A stretch of DNA of 64,000 nucleotides, taken from NCBI GenBank assembly GCA_036781285.1, contig DAIQBH010000002.1, forward strand, positions 6,710 to 70,709, written 5' to 3'. Origin of the DNA: Thermodesulfobacteriota bacterium. GTDB taxonomy: Bacteria; Desulfobacterota; Binatia; UTPRO1. Positions 62,776 through 64,000 of this stretch are shown piece by piece. The translations under genes were made by a program, and so were the position numbers. The notes beneath the pieces are model-generated. The model was given only the letters and a program-made list of their open reading frames with translations, was not told the DNA's origin and ran no database searches. Every line of letters starts with the position of its first letter. Within the stretch, counting starts at the first letter, position 1.

Positions 62776-63210
62776 TCAGAGCTCGCGCCGGAGGCCGGTG
62801 ACCCACTCGCGCTTCGGACCCTTCCAGCGCGTGGTCGAGAGATCGAGATGGCCGCGGCGATCGAAGCGCACGCCCTCCGCCTCCAGCATCTCCTGCTGGA
62901 TGCCAGCCGCGAAGCCGTCGCGGTGCGTGCACCGACCCGCCGCTCCGATCACCCGCTGCCATGGGACGCTCTCGATCGCGTCGTCGCGGAGCGCGCCGAG
63001 CGCCATGCCGACGGCGCGCGCGCCGCGCGGTTGCCCGAGGATCGCCGCGATCTGGCCGTAGGTCGCGACCTTCCCGCGCGGGATGCGGCGGACGACGCGG
63101 TAGACGAGCCGGTAGAACGGCGGCACGGCGCGCTTCGCCCGCGACGGCGGGTTCTTCTGTGCGCGCTCGCGTCGTTCGAGGAGCTCGCCGGGCCAGCGTC
63201 GTCCCGTCAC
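62776..63210 (-). CDS. Alkyltransferase-like (ATL) protein: MGMT DNA-binding domain with Trp in place of the active-site Cys
   Basis: MGMT-type HTH region (KVATYGQIAAILGQPRGARAVGMAL) and VPWQRV where O6-alkylguanine transferases have PCHRV. Confidence 0.65.
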   Translation of the reverse strand: MTGRRWPGELLERRERAQKNPPSRAKRAVPPFYRLVYRVVRRIPRGKVATYGQIAAILGQPRGARAVGMALGALRDDAIESVPWQRVIGAAGRCTHRDGFAAGIQQEMLEAEGVRFDRRGHLDLSTTRWKGPKREWVTGLRREL

Positions 63211-63262
63211 GCGCGGCGACGTAGCACCGGCGCAGGCGCCACGCGAGCCGCTGAGCGACGCG

Positions 63263-64000
63263 TCAGTCGGCCTTGTCGACGAACGACTTCGCGGACGCGC
63301 GCGCGGGCGGCGAATACGTCGACTCCCAGCACGCGCCGTCGCTCGATTGCAGCTGCACGACGAGGGGCGCGCTCAACGTCAGGAGGCTCGGCATCGCGAG
63401 CAGCGGACCGCGGCCCCGGAGCGCGATCCGGGCCGTCGCGCTCGTCCCTTCGCGGAGGTCGAGGCTCTGGATCGCGCCCGCCGCCTGATTCGGGTTGCGA
63501 TACGAGAACCCGCGCTTCGGCGACTTCCAGCACGCGCGGTTGGTCTTCGGGTTACAGATGCCGCCCGCGGGAACCGTGACGCCGAGGACGAGGCTCGCCG
63601 CGCTGTCGTACAGACAAACGCGATAGGCCGTCGTCGCGAGGGGATCGCCGAAGTCGGCCTTGGCGATCGCCGGGCCGCGGCTCCAGCGCCACGTGAGGGT
63701 GTCGTTCTTGTCGGGCACGCGGTCCTTCAAGGTGAGGCTGCCGGCGTTCGGACGGAGGGCGCGATGGCAGCCGACGAGGGGCTGGCTCCCGCACTGGACG
63801 GCCGGCAGCGGCGTCGCGGTGACGGTCGCGGACGGGACCGCGGTCGGCGTCTGCGTCGGAGTCGCTGTGGCCGTCGGCGCGCCGGTTTCGATCGCCGTCA
63901 CGGTGGGCGTCGGGGTTGCGGTCCCTGTTGCGGTCGTCGACGCCGTCGGCGTCGGAGTTCCGGTCGGCGTCCGCGTCGCGGTGAGGGTCGCACCGGGCAG
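63263..64000 (-). CDS. Secreted protein with a Thr/Pro/Ala-rich linker, 5' end beyond the window (partial); function unknown
   Basis: The ORF continues without a stop to the window edge (TPTPT low-complexity). The C-terminal domain has 6 Cys and conserved Trp. Confidence 0.4.
   Translation of the reverse strand: MPGATLTATRTPTGTPTPTASTTATGTATPTPTVTAIETGAPTATATPTQTPTAVPSATVTATPLPAVQCGSQPLVGCHRALRPNAGSLTLKDRVPDKNDTLTWRWSRGPAIAKADFGDPLATTAYRVCLYDSAASLVLGVTVPAGGICNPKTNRACWKSPKRGFSYRNPNQAAGAIQSLDLREGTSATARIALRGRGPLLAMPSLLTLSAPLVVQLQSSDGACWESTYSPPARASAKSFVDKAD

Overview
High-GC (about 70%) bacterial chromosomal window. The gene content (many histidine kinases, a sigma-54 activator, Myxococcus-type cysteine-rich repeats of the DUF4215/TIGR02232 kind) points to Myxococcota. 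Most of the window is core metabolism: ethanolamine ammonia-lyase eutBC, glutamate synthase gltBD downstream of an lrp regulator, the 2-oxoglutarate dehydrogenase operon sucA-sucB-lpdA, glgC, dcd, an ABC-F ATPase, and an MMPL/RND exporter. An iron-storage pair bfd-bfr is preceded by a Fur-box-like palindrome. The unusual material is: (i) a minus-strand gene string SixA-like phosphatase, FabF-like KAS, dedicated ACP, DUF374-like acyltransferase, membrane histidine kinase, and two tandem paralogous receiver-kinase hybrids; (ii) a 1.68-kaa secreted cysteine-rich protein built from an internally duplicated about 400-aa module and three arrays of Myxococcus-type Cys repeats, followed by a sensor-less sigma-54 enhancer-binding protein and preceded by a -24/-12-like promoter; (iii) a nearby secreted protein made of a duplicated 12-Cys helical module; (iv) a TetR-controlled QueG-family Fe-S protein fused to an SCP2 domain; (v) an orphan Hint/BIL-like autoprocessing domain protein; and (vi) several structured intergenic elements: REP-like paired hairpins, a 16-bp perfect inverted repeat around a 98-nt core, and a leader carrying an intrinsic terminator upstream of an MFS transporter. 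No rRNA, tRNA, CRISPR array or recognisable transposase was seen. Many long ORFs in the six-frame track are antisense or alternate-frame shadows typical of high-GC DNA and were discarded. Start codons are often GTG or TTG and several starts are approximate.
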